From positions 73,596,001 through 73,660,000 of the forward strand of contig NC_045697.1 in the NCBI RefSeq assembly GCF_009834535.1: a stretch of 64,000 bases of DNA, read 5' to 3'. Source of the stretch: Camelus ferus (lineage: Eukaryota). The position numbers and the translations under genes are program-made. Under the pieces are notes generated by a model that saw only the letters and a program-made list of their open reading frames with translations, did not search any database and had not been told where the DNA came from. This document shows, piece after piece, positions 52,157-64,000 of the stretch (position 1 is the first letter of the stretch; every line of letters begins with the position of its first letter).

Positions 52157-52659
52157 CAGATCTTCCTCAACTTACATTGGGGTTATATCCCAATAAACCC
52201 ATTGGAAGCTGAAAATGTCTTAAGTCAAAAATGCATTAAATAGACCTGACCTACAAAACATCATAGCTTAGCCTAATCTACCTCAAACATGCAAAAACAC
52301 ATCAGCCTACAGTTAGGCAAAATCATCTAACACAAAGCCTATTTCACAGTGAAGTGTGAATAGTGTTGAAATTTATTGAATTCTGTACTGAAAATGAAAA
52401 CCAAAATGGTTGTGTGGGGACAGGATGGTTGCAGGTGTGTCAGCTGATACTCTCCTGGCCGCGCGGCTGACTCGGAGCTGCGGCTCAGTGCCCTGCCCAG
52501 CATCACAAGAGAGGATCCTACCGAGTCTCACCTGCTAGCTCAGGAAAAGATCAAAATTCAAAATTTGAAGGACAGCTTCTACTAAATGTATATCACTTTC
52601 ACACCATCATAAAGTCAAAAAATCGTTAAGTCGAACTGCTTTAAGTTGTGGACAGTCTG
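52157..52659 (+). mobile_element. TcMar-Tigger family non-autonomous DNA transposon (MER82-like)
   Basis: Imperfect terminal inverted repeats 'cagatcttcctcaacttac' / 'taagttgtggacagtctg', 5' TA, and internal 'catcatagcttagccta'. Confidence 0.8.
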
Positions 52660-52709
52660 CAATTTAACTGAAGATAAAACGAGTATTACGGAATATGAAT
52701 TATGATTAG

Positions 52710-53222
52710 TCTGGCAATAAAGATAAAAATACCAGTGGCTTGAATTTTTATAGATTTCCTAATATTTTCATCATTAAAGAAGTCTAGGAATAGGCAGCCC
52801 ACGACTAAGGTAGGAAAGCCATGATGTCATTCCGAATCCAGGCTCCTGTATTTCTGCTCCTCAATCGTGTCTTCCATTTTTAAGGTCAGCCTATTGTCCA
52901 TGGAGCTCAAGCTGGAATTCCAATCATCACAACCTCACTGAAGGCAAAAGAGAGAGCAAATGCAAAGGGGAAAAAAAAAAAAAAGATTCCTCCCCACTGA
53001 GTCAGTCCCCTTTAAACAGTCTTGCCATAACTTCAACACAGTATGTATTTCCACTTAACGTTTCACTCACCTAAGCTTAATCATATGGCCATACCGAGTA
53101 GCAAAGGAAGAAGAGAAATAAAGATTTGTTCGTTTTGGTTTCCAGGCAGCAGTGCGCCTGGGTGTGTTACTAGGGTAAAAGAAGAATATGGATATTGGAG
53201 TAGGCAACCTTAATCTTTGCTG
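52710..53222 (-). mobile_element. MaLR LTR, old MLT1-like
   Basis: 'aagtctaggaataggcag', 'tcatatggccatacc...gcaaagga', 'ggatattggagtaggcaac'. Confidence 0.6.
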
Positions 53223-53351
53223 CATGTTGTATCTATAAAGTCTGCATTTAAAAAATCTAATGCAGTTCTTAACATAATCAGGAACACTTACATTCACTGC
53301 CAATAAACTACTGCTATTTGGTATACACAAAGATGACATCCTCTGGGTCTA

Positions 53352-54247
53352 TGTGAAATAGTAGGGGGGAAAAAAGTATATATATATATATATGTCTCTG
53401 CTGCCAGTTCATGACACAGAGCTCCTAAAACCCTTCTAATTTCCTAAGTGATAAGAGCACTAAGGGTATCTTTTGTTCTAGTATTTGGTTTGTTATCCTG
53501 GTTCCTGACACAGAGCTCCTAAATCCCTTGGTATTTCCTGGGTTATAGGAATGTCTTTCATTGTAATGAGGCTACTCTTGGTGGACTTGTGGACAACTTC
53601 AGGATGGGGATTGGTCACCAGAAAGAATAAACCATAATTAGAAGCTGGAAACTTTCAGCCTTTGGGAAGGGGGAGGGGCTGGAGATTGAGTTAATGATTG
53701 ATCATGCCTACATGATGAAGTCTCCATAAAAATTGCTTAAGTATGGGGTTTGGTGAGCTTCTGGGTTGGGGAATACATCACATGCTAGGGTGGCACACCC
53801 CAGCTCCATGGGGACAGGAGCTCCTGTGATCATGATTCTCTCAGACCTCACCCTATGTGTCTTTAATCTGTCTGCTTATCTGTCACCTTTACTTAATAAG
53901 CTGGAAAACATAAGTAAGGGCTTCCCTGAGTTCTGTGAGCCATTCTAGCAAATTATAGGACCTAAAGAGGGGGTCATGGGAACCCCAATTCATAGTCATT
54001 TGGTCAGAAACACCAAGGACAACCTGGGACTTGCCATTGGTGTCTGAAGTTGGAGAAGTCTTGTGGGACTGAGCCCTTAACATGTGGGGTTGATGCTAAC
54101 TTGAGGAAGAGAGGGAAGGGGCTGAATCGAATTGTATGTCACCGAGCTGGTATCACAGAATTACTTGGTGTGGGGACATCACACATCTGGTGTCAGAAGT
54201 GTTGTGTTTGTGAATAAAGGAGATACACAGAAGTATTTTTCCTACAA
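53352..54247 (+). mobile_element. ERVL LTR, MER21-like
   Basis: Duplicated 'tgacacagagctcctaaa', plus 'ggggaggggctggagattgagtt' and 'ttccctgagttctgtgagccattctagcaaatta'. Confidence 0.85.
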
Positions 54248-54839
54248 GGTTGTATGTCTATTTACAATACAAAAACGGTAAGATCTCTATGGTGCAGGTG
54301 ATTTGTGTTCTATTTGCTTAAACTCTTCCAGGCAAAGTGATGACTTGCTTCTACCATCATTTTTCTCTTCTAAAACTCCATCAAAATCTCTGTTCATACA
54401 ACACAATGACAGTTTTCAATGTCTAATATAGCCTCCAGCAACCTAAGGAATCAAAATTTTCTCTTTTTTATAGAGGAAGAATCTGAGGTTTAGAGAAATT
54501 AGACAGCTTGCCTGAGGTCGTGTAACTAACCCCAGGGCTGGATCCGACTGCAGGTGCTGTGCCTCCTCCGGTCTCCTCACGACAATCCAGTTATCTGAGC
54601 AAAGCTCCCTTGGCAGAGAATCCCTTCTTCATACCTAGGGATCTACTTAACACCTTGCATGGCTATGAAAACTTAGTGACTTTAAAGAATGAACCTTTTT
54701 CTCGGCACTGCAATTTCAAGGCATCCCATGGTACCAGGTAGAGTGAGCGCCACTCTTAACACTTACAGTGATGGAGGGTCACATTGTTGATGGTGAATAT
54801 ATAATGAGTTTTAGAAATTATTATAGAAAAATGTCTTAT

Positions 54840-55105
54840 CACTGTGGTTAAGAACATTAATTCTAGATCCACACCACGTGGTTTTGAATCATAGTTCCAA
54901 ACTTACTGGCTATGTAATCTTCACCAGGTTAACCAACCTGTGCCCCATTTACCTCATCTGCAAAATGTAGGTAATAATAGTAACTATACTGCAAGGTTGC
55001 TGGAGGATAAATGAGTTAATACATAACACTTGAAATAGTTCCTGACACAGAAATACTATAGTGCTGCTATCATTAGTAGTAGCTGTATTATTAGTACTAA
55101 TATTA
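54840..55105 (+). mobile_element. MIR
   Basis: 'gtggttaagaac', 'cctcatctgcaaaatg...taataatagta', 'taaatgagttaatacat'. Confidence 0.75.
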
Positions 55106-56618
55106 TTATTATAGTCATTCTACAGAGGCAGCAAAAGGAAACAATTTTCCGTAAGTGGGAATACTCTAATGTGAGGGTCACAAAGAATAAGTAATTTAGA
55201 GAATCATAGAAAATGGAAATGTACCTGAGAATCATGTAGACCCTAAATCAAATAAGGTCTCAGATCCATCAGTTATTTTGGATAGAGACTTGTCTTAGCT
55301 GGCAACAGAGAAAATGAAATTGGTCTTTTTTTAAATTCAGCTATGGTTCAGTTTAGCAAAATAATTGATTTTTTTTTTTTACTCAAACTTCCAGGTTCCA
55401 GATTTCATGAGAAATCACAACTGCCTGCAAGAGGAAAGGAAGGGAATAAACTTTCAGTTTGTGTGGGGGAAGGCAGAGGAGCCCCCACACATTTGGGAAA
55501 GGAAGGAACTATTAATGCAGAGGCACATGGGCAAGAAAAATAAACAGAGGGACTTGACCACCGTTAGCCCCAAGTGGGATTTTCTTGAGCATCTTCCTAC
55601 TTCTGACTGGCCTTCTGTTATCCTCTTGTATGTGCTCTTCCCTGTACCTCCCGATTCACTTGAAATTTCTTTTTTCAATCTGATGTCATATGTGCCAATC
55701 TTATAATAGTCCATAAAGAAATAATAAGTTCAACAAATGAGTTTAGAATGTATCCCCCTTCTCTGCATGATAAGCAGTAAAGGATAGTTCCAGTCTTCAC
55801 TGAATAAAACAAAGTACAATAATCATGCAAAAATAATTACTGAAAGAAATAATATACTTTTGAGTCGTAGTATAAAAAAGTGTCTTCTTTCCTGTTTTCA
55901 CACAGATACATGCAGGCATAAGACTTCCTGGGAGGGGATCTTAGAGTTCACCTCCTCCCCTTTTCCAAAGGGAGAAAAAAAAAAAAAAACAATTAAAAAA
56001 AATCTTTGGAACCAAAAGCAAGAAACTGCAGAGAAACAAAAGCAGTTATGCATGAGGATCCCTAGCATGGTTTGACTTACTTGGTAAAACTTTAAGACTG
56101 GCATGTATGCATGACTGACACCTGCAAAACTTACTTTAAAACTTGTTCTTTATGTAGTTAAACTGATAATTCCTATTAAGTTCATAGGAAGCTGCAACTC
56201 CTTTTCTTCCTCAAACCCAGCACATCAAACATGCCAACAGGTGGATGTGAGTCCTTGTGCAAGGTAACTGGCAGGGTTCAACAAAGGATTCTGCCTTTTG
56301 CCGTGAAGTGTATGCATTACTAAAAGGAGTCATGAGCTATCAGGCAGGATAACACCAGATGTAAAGCCTGGAAAGAGAAAGAATGGTGGGGACAAAGCAA
56401 CGTGATATAATTGCTGCGGGTCCCAAACCCTTGGGCCCTCCAAGCCTGCACAACGGACTCTCTGCACCCTCCCTGACTGAGAAGCCCTGACCTCCTCTGG
56501 ACCTTGGCACACACATGGATGCCAGGGACCGCATTTGGTGTAGTTAATGCAATTATCCAAACTCCACCTCACCGTCTCTCCCGTTTCTGTCTGACCATTT
56601 TCTAGCACAGCAGCACCC

Positions 56619-56632
56619 CCACTAGAGGGCAG
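56619..56632 (+). promoter_or_regulatory. CTCF consensus motif
   Basis: CCACTAGAGGGCAG fits the CCASYAGRKGGCR core fully. Binding not shown. Confidence 0.5.
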
Positions 56633-56949
56633 GAAAGGGCACAAAGAACCAATAGAACTCCATTAACCAAGTTCATAAAGTTCTGACAGTGAAGGATAAA
56701 AATTAAGAACTTCTTTTGTCTACAGGGCCTGTGGTCCTAATTAACATACATAATGGAGAACGAACCCCACTTGAGTCCCAGAGTCACTTAAAAAAATTCA
56801 AAATTCTAATTTTGTGACTGACTCAAGCTTCTCCCAGCAGTTATTTTATTTGGTAAATTTGCTCTTTTTCCTGGACTCATCATAATACCCTTGAGTATGC
56901 TCTCCTATATATGAATGCAAGACCACTCACATTGTGTGACAAACTGAAA

Positions 56950-57091
56950 TTTTTTGTTTTGTTTTTTGGGGGTGGTGGGGGTAATTTGATTGATTGATTG
57001 ATTGATTGATTTTAATGAAGGTACTAGGGATTGAACCCAGGACCTCTTGCATGCCAAGCATACAATCTACCACTGAGCTATACCCTCCCCC
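56950..57091 (-). mobile_element. tRNA-derived SINE (camelid type) with (TCAA)n tail
   Basis: 'gggattgaacccagg...ctaccactgagctataccctcccc' is the reverse complement of the SINE head. Confidence 0.92.
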
Positions 57092-58929
57092 TCCTTATTG
57101 AATTCACTATATCTCTCATCCATTCAAGGAAAAAGGGGACAGTATTTTAAAAAATTTTTTGAATACTTTTTCATAAACAAGTCCTAAGATTTAAAAGAGT
57201 GAACAAAGTTTTGCTGCAAATAATATACTGACCTCAGCTCAGCACAGTATGTAGCCTATGACTGACTATCCAGGTATGACAGGAATAAAAACAAAAAAGC
57301 TAAAATTGCAGTTTTTATTTTTTGGCTCTCAAAGCTCTTGTTCTACTGCTCTCCACTCCTCACAATGATACTATTCAAATTATAAAACTGCATATTTTAG
57401 AACTTACTCCAAGTTAATCTAAGTATGAAATATTTGTGCAGCTTTGATAGGTTGAAAACAAATGGTGTCCTTAATTCCGGGGTTGCATTTTTTTTTAATT
57501 TATACTATGTGAGCTCTTAGGGAATATAAATTCACTGCCCTTTCTCTGTAATATGCAAGTGCTGTTTCTATTCTGGGGATTTCTCATGAGTTAACAGCCA
57601 TATTGTCACATATGGTTGCCTTTCCACCTAGTAGTACTGAGGGTTAAGTTCCTACTGATTTCTGTGACTGGGGTTTGGGATTTGAGTTTTTGTGGGTTTT
57701 TGTTTTTTTTTAAGGTCAAGTGTATTTTATCTGAGAGGTCAAGGTGTGGCAGTGCAGCTGTGGTCAGGGCATCCCCAGCAGGAAGAAGGTATGTAACAAC
57801 ACGCTGCGTCCACAGAACCAAGCCCGAAGAGAAACTACAATTAGCTTTTGCTGCTTTTCTGCAGAATCTGTATTTGCATTTTAAATTACATTTTGGTGTA
57901 CTCATTTTCATCTTACTTTTGGCTTTTAAAGCTGGAACAGAGTCTCCTGACAAAAACACTGCCTAAGATTGGCATTTATTAGGGGGGAAAAAAAAACACA
58001 TCCACACGATATTTTTTTTTTTCTAAAATATTCCTTTGAGATTAGTTACTTCAGAAAGTCATGTTGACAGGCAGATGGAGAGAAAGATGCAAGATGGTTT
58101 CCGAGATTCTAGGAATCTCAAAGCTTGAATTTCCATTTCAATATTTCAATTCCTTGCTAGTCAGTGAGTTTCTCTAGCTCACTATATTAAAATGTGTACG
58201 ATAGTAATATACATTATACCTGCTCTCCTGATACATGCTGACAATTACATAGTTTATCACACCAACAATTTTATTGAAATCAAATCAAACTTCTTGTCTC
58301 TTAAATACTTGCAGAGATGTCCTTTCCACAAATTTGTGAAGCTGTGTTCCCTTTCCCCTTGGTTAGCCTAAATACTACTGATTAGAAATACCTTTCTCCT
58401 TAAGCGATCACTGGGTGTCAAATGTAAAACAAAACAGACACTCACATGAATTGGATCGTGGGCTCATTCTCACTTCCTTGAAGGGAGCCAATGCCTCCGC
58501 ATTAAATGATTAACACATTTGATATTCTTGTAGACTCTGTGGTCAATGACTTTACAGACAGGTAAACCAAAAAGAGTATCTTACTTTTCATTTTATTACT
58601 AAGGGACAGATACTGAAAAACTGAAGACTGAGCCAGGTGCCAAGCAGAGCAGGGTGTGGGGGAGATAGAGAAATAGTACAACCAAACTGTCAGTTTTCTA
58701 AAGGAGACATTAACAGGGAAATGTGCATTGCAGTCGACTCAAGTGAACTTCAAGGTACTGATATTGTGGGGTATTTCTAATTCTCTGCAGTTCTAGAGAA
58801 TTCTAATTTCCTATGTCTTATTGTTTGATGTCTGAGTACATCCTAGTCTCTTTTTCTAGCATTCAGTGGTTTCTTGCAGTAGTTTCTTGTGGTGCAATAA
58901 TAACAAAACCCTTTAGGTTTGAAGCACGT

Positions 58930-60255
58930 TTACATGCATTCATTAAGAAATATGTATTGAATATCAAAGGCATTAGGGGCGCATTTGTGAAAAACACAGA
59001 TAAAACCCTTGGTCTCAGAAGTTTATATGTGAGTTAGCTAAAGAATCAGTAAGTAGGAAATCAACAAATGAACAAAATCATTCCAGACAGCTCCAAGCGT
59101 TACGACAAAGAAGGAACTGTGATAAACTAGGATGCTGTCGGAGAGATGTGGCAAATTGAAAGTGAGTGATCTGAAGACCTAACTGCACTCTGACACTTGA
59201 GCTCCATGACAAGGAGATAATGATGAAAAGGTCGGGGGTCAGAGTTTGAGCAGAGGGTACAGCAAGTGCCAAGGTGCCAGCATAGAAAAAGCCTGACATT
59301 CAGAGAAACTGGTGAGGCTGCGGGACAGTAAGGAAGAGGAAAATGGCAGGAGATAAACTCAGAAAGAAAGGCAGGAACCACCTTTTTTGAACTTTGAAGC
59401 TACTGGGCTATTTCTGTGAAATTGTCCCCAAAATGTAGTGGGTTAAAACAAAGATCACATTTTGCTCACAATTTGGAGACCAGGAAGACGGGAAAGTTTC
59501 TTCCTGGCAATTTGTCTCTGATACGTGCGGTACTCGCTGGGGCAGCTGAAACTGGAGACCCTCTCTTCGCAGGGGATTTCTTCATTCAACATCTGGTGCC
59601 TCAGTACTCCCTTGCCTCTCTCTATGACATCTCACATTCTCGGCCTCTGCAAAGGGCTTGTTATTCTCACAAGTTGGCATCACGGCTCTCTCATGGCAGG
59701 CAGACTTCGTACATGAAGACTGGCTTCTTCCAGAGCCAGCCCTGACTCATGCATCAGCATTCCTGATGACCACTCTTGAAGTCTCAGAACATGACTTCTA
59801 CCATTTTCTGTTGCTCAAACAAAGCTGTGAGGCCAGCCTAGATTCAAAGGGAGGAGCATCAAGGAATTCGTGCCATCCTGAGTCTGCCACAGAGGCCATG
59901 GTAAGTCTTCTGCAGTTAATGCTGAGTAGAACGGGAAGCTACTGGAGGCTTTAAATACGGAAATGACACGATTTTATTTTTAGTTTGAAAAGATCATTTT
60001 GGCTGCCAGACAGAGAATGCATTGAATGGGGGTGGGGGGACAAGAGAGAAAGCAGAGAGATTAGTTAGAAGCCATCACAGTTGTCTGGATGGTCTATGAT
60101 GGAATGGTAGCAATGGAGCAGGAAAGGGGTGAGAAATATGGAGGCCACTGTGAGGGACCTGCAGTTGGATAGGTCTGAGGGAGAAGAAAAGAATCAGGAA
60201 GGCTGAAGAGTTTATTGGGGAACCAGCTTGACAGTGGTACTATTTACTAAGGAGG
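58930..60255 (-). mobile_element. L2 interrupted by a MaLR-like LTR at about 59400-59890
   Basis: Tail 'catgcattcattaagaaatatgtattga', 'agcaagtgccaagg', 'tttgaaaagatcattttggctgc'. The inserted block has 'cccaaaatgtagtgggttaaaaca'. Confidence 0.7.
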
Positions 60256-61899
60256 AAAGGGGTAAAATGATGTCCATGTCTCATATGATTGTCCAGTAGA
60301 TCTCTGGGGGAGCTGCATGGATGCCTGTTTTCCCCAATCTTTTGTCAGATGAGAACAATGGGCTTCCTAGAGAAAAGGAAAGAAAAAGGAGGAGGGAAGG
60401 AAGAGAGGGAAGGAGAGAAGGAAATAAAGGGACTTTCCTGAAACAATTACCAGCATAATGAGAATGGGTCTAGAATTAGCTATGGTATCTAGTCAACACA
60501 GCTTCCCATTCTACAACATAGTTAACTGTCAATCATTAGTACAACAAGGAGAGTTTTAAATTATTATTTATTCTCATTTTAAACCTACTCAAAGGCTATT
60601 TCTTTCTGGGTAGAAGAGAAACAGTGAAGAGGAACACAAGCAGAAGTCTTGTTCTTAGCAATTACAAAATTTAAAGTAAGAGGGCAATCTTTTTGAGGCT
60701 CACTACACTTAGGTTGAATTGATTTTGATTTTATGTCTGTTAAATATCACCTGCTACATATAATTTTTTAAGTTGAATTGAGAATCAAAGTGAATAGAGA
60801 AAAACTGTGACCCAGTGGGAAGGTTCTGGAGGTTCTTCTCCTTATTTCTGCCTTTGACACTAAACAACTATATGAAAATTTCTTAAAGTCTGTGCTTCAA
60901 TTTCCTTGTCACCAAAGTATTATTATTTTTAATAGCCTTGTCATGGACATATAACGAGGAAAATGTTGGGGAAAAAGTTTTTATGTACTTAAAAAATACT
61001 TTATTATTATTACTGTGAATTCTTCCCAAAACAAAATTAATTTAAAATTTTAATTCTCTATTACTCAATTTTTAAATATCTAATATATTGTGACTCTTTG
61101 TAAGTAGAGTCCTTTTACTGCCCCTTCTCTAAGCCACGTTAATCAGCGTGCAGTACATAACAGAATTTTGCCAAATCAGTCATCATGTATGAAAACCCAC
61201 GACGTGGTTAAGAAAAGAGGCGTTCTGTGAGCATTTTAGTCACTAAGACTGTCAAGGACCTTCATTACAACAGCATAACTATTAGTCAAATTTTGATAGC
61301 CGCTGATAATTACTTTTCTCTCCCAACCCCTTGCTTTTTATTGACTTGTTTGCCACACTCAGTGCCTCCTATTTGGTGAGAGCCTGGGGCACTGTGCTAA
61401 TACACAGACACACACAAAGCCCAAGATGTGTTTTCACTCTTAGCAATGTTCCTTTACCCACATGCGAATGTTGATTGGGCTTGTTTCCGTTCTGAGGGAG
61501 AACAAGAGTACAGGAGTGCTATCTGAATAATCATTTGGTGATGCGGTCTGAATTTCATATTCCTTAGCAGAAACAAGTCAGAAACATCAAAAGTGTTTGG
61601 ATTTTTTTTTCTTTTTTTTTTTTTTTTTCCAATAGTCTCCTGTTGGATCTCAAAATTTTGCTGTATATAGATGACGATGGAAGTAGCTCTAAATATGAAA
61701 AGGCCAGATCGTTTCTCTCCTACTTGTTCTGGGAAACTGATCTAACTGATTTGGAAATGCTTAGGTAATGGCAGGTTTAGAGAACTCTGCTGAATGTCTA
61801 AATAAGGTTTCTGATTATTCAAAGATTTAATGAATGTTTCTGAGAAACTGCAGCCAAAAGACCTTTGGATTTCAGTGTGAGCAAAATTCAGTCAGACAT

Positions 61900-62270
61900 T
61901 CCACTAGTGTCATCCTTCTTAAAATTCAAATTAAATAACCAATGTTCCAAAGCATAAAATTCCAAATACATTCTTTCCCTTCAAAACACTTCTCTCTCCT
62001 TCAGATGTCACTAATTCTGTTACAGGCATGAGCATTCTCATCTCCCTCTGCGTTTGAAACCTCAGGTCCTCCCCCTTGCCCTGTAAGTCAGCCCTCACAC
62101 GGACAATTCCACTGGTCTCCCAACCTCCCTGGGCCTATGATCATTTCTTTCATGCCCACTAAATCATCCCACAAGGTCTCTTTGCATGTTACAATTCTGA
62201 AATAAAACTTGGTTGTTACATTATGCTAAATACCTTTTCAGTGTTCACCTGTTGACAACAAAATAAACAC
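61900..62270 (+). mobile_element. L2 fragment
   Basis: 'ccactagtgtc...aaattcaaa', 'aaacctcaggtc', 'accttttcagtg'. Confidence 0.45.
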
Positions 62271-63434
62271 AGTACAGAGTCAACCTGGGTCTCCAGGTTG
62301 GGACCATCTGTTATGTGGGGTCCTGGGCAATTTTTTTATTTTTCAGCAGAGCCTCTGTCTATATAAACAATTTGATTAAAAATGTCCTAGGAATCCATAG
62401 GCCCATGTGAGGTATAGTGATTTATGGATGAAGATTTATAATCATAGGTAGAGAAGAGGGACTTACGTACTTGTTTATTATCCACTCAGGGCAGGTAAAG
62501 ACTCTTCGGAGCATCCCAGCTGTCTCTTCCTGTTCCGGTCCTGGTAACCATCTTGTCAGTGTCTTTTGGTGGGGACACCACCTCATTTGTGCTAACAGGA
62601 TTAATTCTCCATTTCTTAATTTTACTCCTGACATTCCAGAGATTGTTGCGAGTTCCTGATCTATTTTGAGTTCAGAGATAATGTTTTTTGTATTTTTCTG
62701 AGAAAAAGGGGTAGCAGCACTATTAAGACTCATGATGCCAAGGCTCCCTGGGATCTGTCTGTACTGACAGCATACGGGTCTTCTTGCTCCTGTGGTTTCC
62801 TCATACTCATACAACGCTGGTCACACCACTAACAGGGGCAGTCATCCAGCTGCCCATGAACACTGGTTTCCAATGACTGTCTCAGAGGCTGTTCCTGTGC
62901 TTCAGGATGGTGGCCACAGTGCACCAAACCTGCAGGAAAATATTAATGACAACTCATTTTCTGGGCATGTTAAACTTACTGTTTGGAATTTTATCACATT
63001 AATGTAGAATAACACATCTTTCACCCGTTTTTTAAATTGCTCAGGTTCTGTTACTGCATTCCTAGAGGATGCTCTGCTTCAGTGCTGACCACACACACCA
63101 CTACCACCGAGGAAAACGGGAGAGGGGCCTGTGGACAAAGGGAAAAACCTGTCTCTTTCATGGAAGGAATATCCATCCCTGGCCTAGCACGGCTTATGAC
63201 CAGCCGGAGAGAGCATGGTGTCACCTCATCAACTGGAGGCAAGGATATGAATCAGAAAAGCTTAACAGCCATGCTGGATACGCACATTCTGATAAAGGCA
63301 ATGTTAGATCTCCTCCCTGCAATTAGGATGAATTAATCCCCATATGAAATCCCCAAACAAAATACTTTGTTAAAGGCCTGTGGATCATTTAAATAAACAA
63401 AATATAAAGGATAAGATGGAATTTGATCTTTCAC

Positions 63435-63495
63435 ATTTTTAACATTTTTTTAATGTAGTACAGTCAGTTTGCAATTTCTGGTGTACAGTATGATG
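63435..63495 (-). mobile_element. Very short (about 60 bp) L1 3'-terminal insertion
   Basis: 11-bp TSD tgatctttcac at 63424-63434 and 63496-63506. 'cagtcagtttgcaatttctggtgtacag' matches the young L1 tail. Confidence 0.7.
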
Positions 63496-64000
63496 TGATC
63501 TTTCACTCTTGATTTTATATTTTCACCAAAAACTACCTCACCCTCTGTTATTTTTCCAAAGAGACGCTGCTACTAACATGGTAGTAATGAATTATAGTGA
63601 AACTATTTTTATTTATCTATCTGGAGTATGTACAATCTGACTTCTGTAGACTCATTTTCTTCCCACAACTAAACAGACTTCCACTTAAATGAAAACCCAG
63701 CAGTGATCTGGTTTCACCTTCCAGAATGAGTGAGTCATTAATGATTATGAAGGCAGCTGCTGAAGTTCTGGGTCAAGTTGACCTGTTTAACTGTCTGTAA
63801 ATCTATTATGATAATCTTATCTTCCAGGGACTGCATGTAGTATGGTTACGGAAGGTGTCTGGAGAGATGTCAGATGGAGCCTGAGTTTCAAGGAAGCTGG
63901 TTGTTTTCCCTCAGTTCTTAACACCCATCCTGAACTATGTGAAGAGGAATACTGTATATTTAAATGCATCTGTTGTACAACTGCTGAGTTCAGAGTACTC

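Noticed and set aside
53412..53550. Direct repeat 'tgacacagagctcctaaa' as a novel array
   Set aside because: Only two copies, and internal to the MER21-like LTR.
17434..57091. Four tRNA-like sequences as tRNA genes
   Set aside because: They have A-rich or microsatellite tails, TSDs in some copies and diverged bodies, so they are SINEs.
1..64000. The 60-139 aa ORFs in the supplied track as genes
   Set aside because: Lengths are at chance level, many use non-ATG starts or lie in repeats, and none is recognisable as a known protein.

Overview
AT-rich mammalian genomic DNA with no CpG island. It is most likely camelid (alpaca/llama/camel), judged from four copies of a tRNA-derived SINE (GGGGAGGGTATAGCTCAGTGGTAGAG...TTCAATCCCC + A-rich tail) and young cetartiodactyl-type L1 3' ends. 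Much of the window is interspersed repeats: MaLR/ERVL LTRs, L1, L2, MIR and a Tigger-family DNA transposon. Subfamily names are from memory and boundaries are approximate. I could not identify any protein-coding gene, so the window looks intergenic or deep-intronic. The best-supported curiosities are (i) a 353-bp TSD-flanked element made of an L1 5' head fused to an L1 3' tail at a splice-like junction, and (ii) an ancient L1 with twin-priming inversion geometry. The most speculative lead is a chain of short, colinear minus-strand peptide matches to bornavirus L (about 45-49.5 kb), with weaker N/P/M/G/L-like matches upstream (55-63 kb). Each match is near noise level and needs a frameshift-aware profile search before it is believed.
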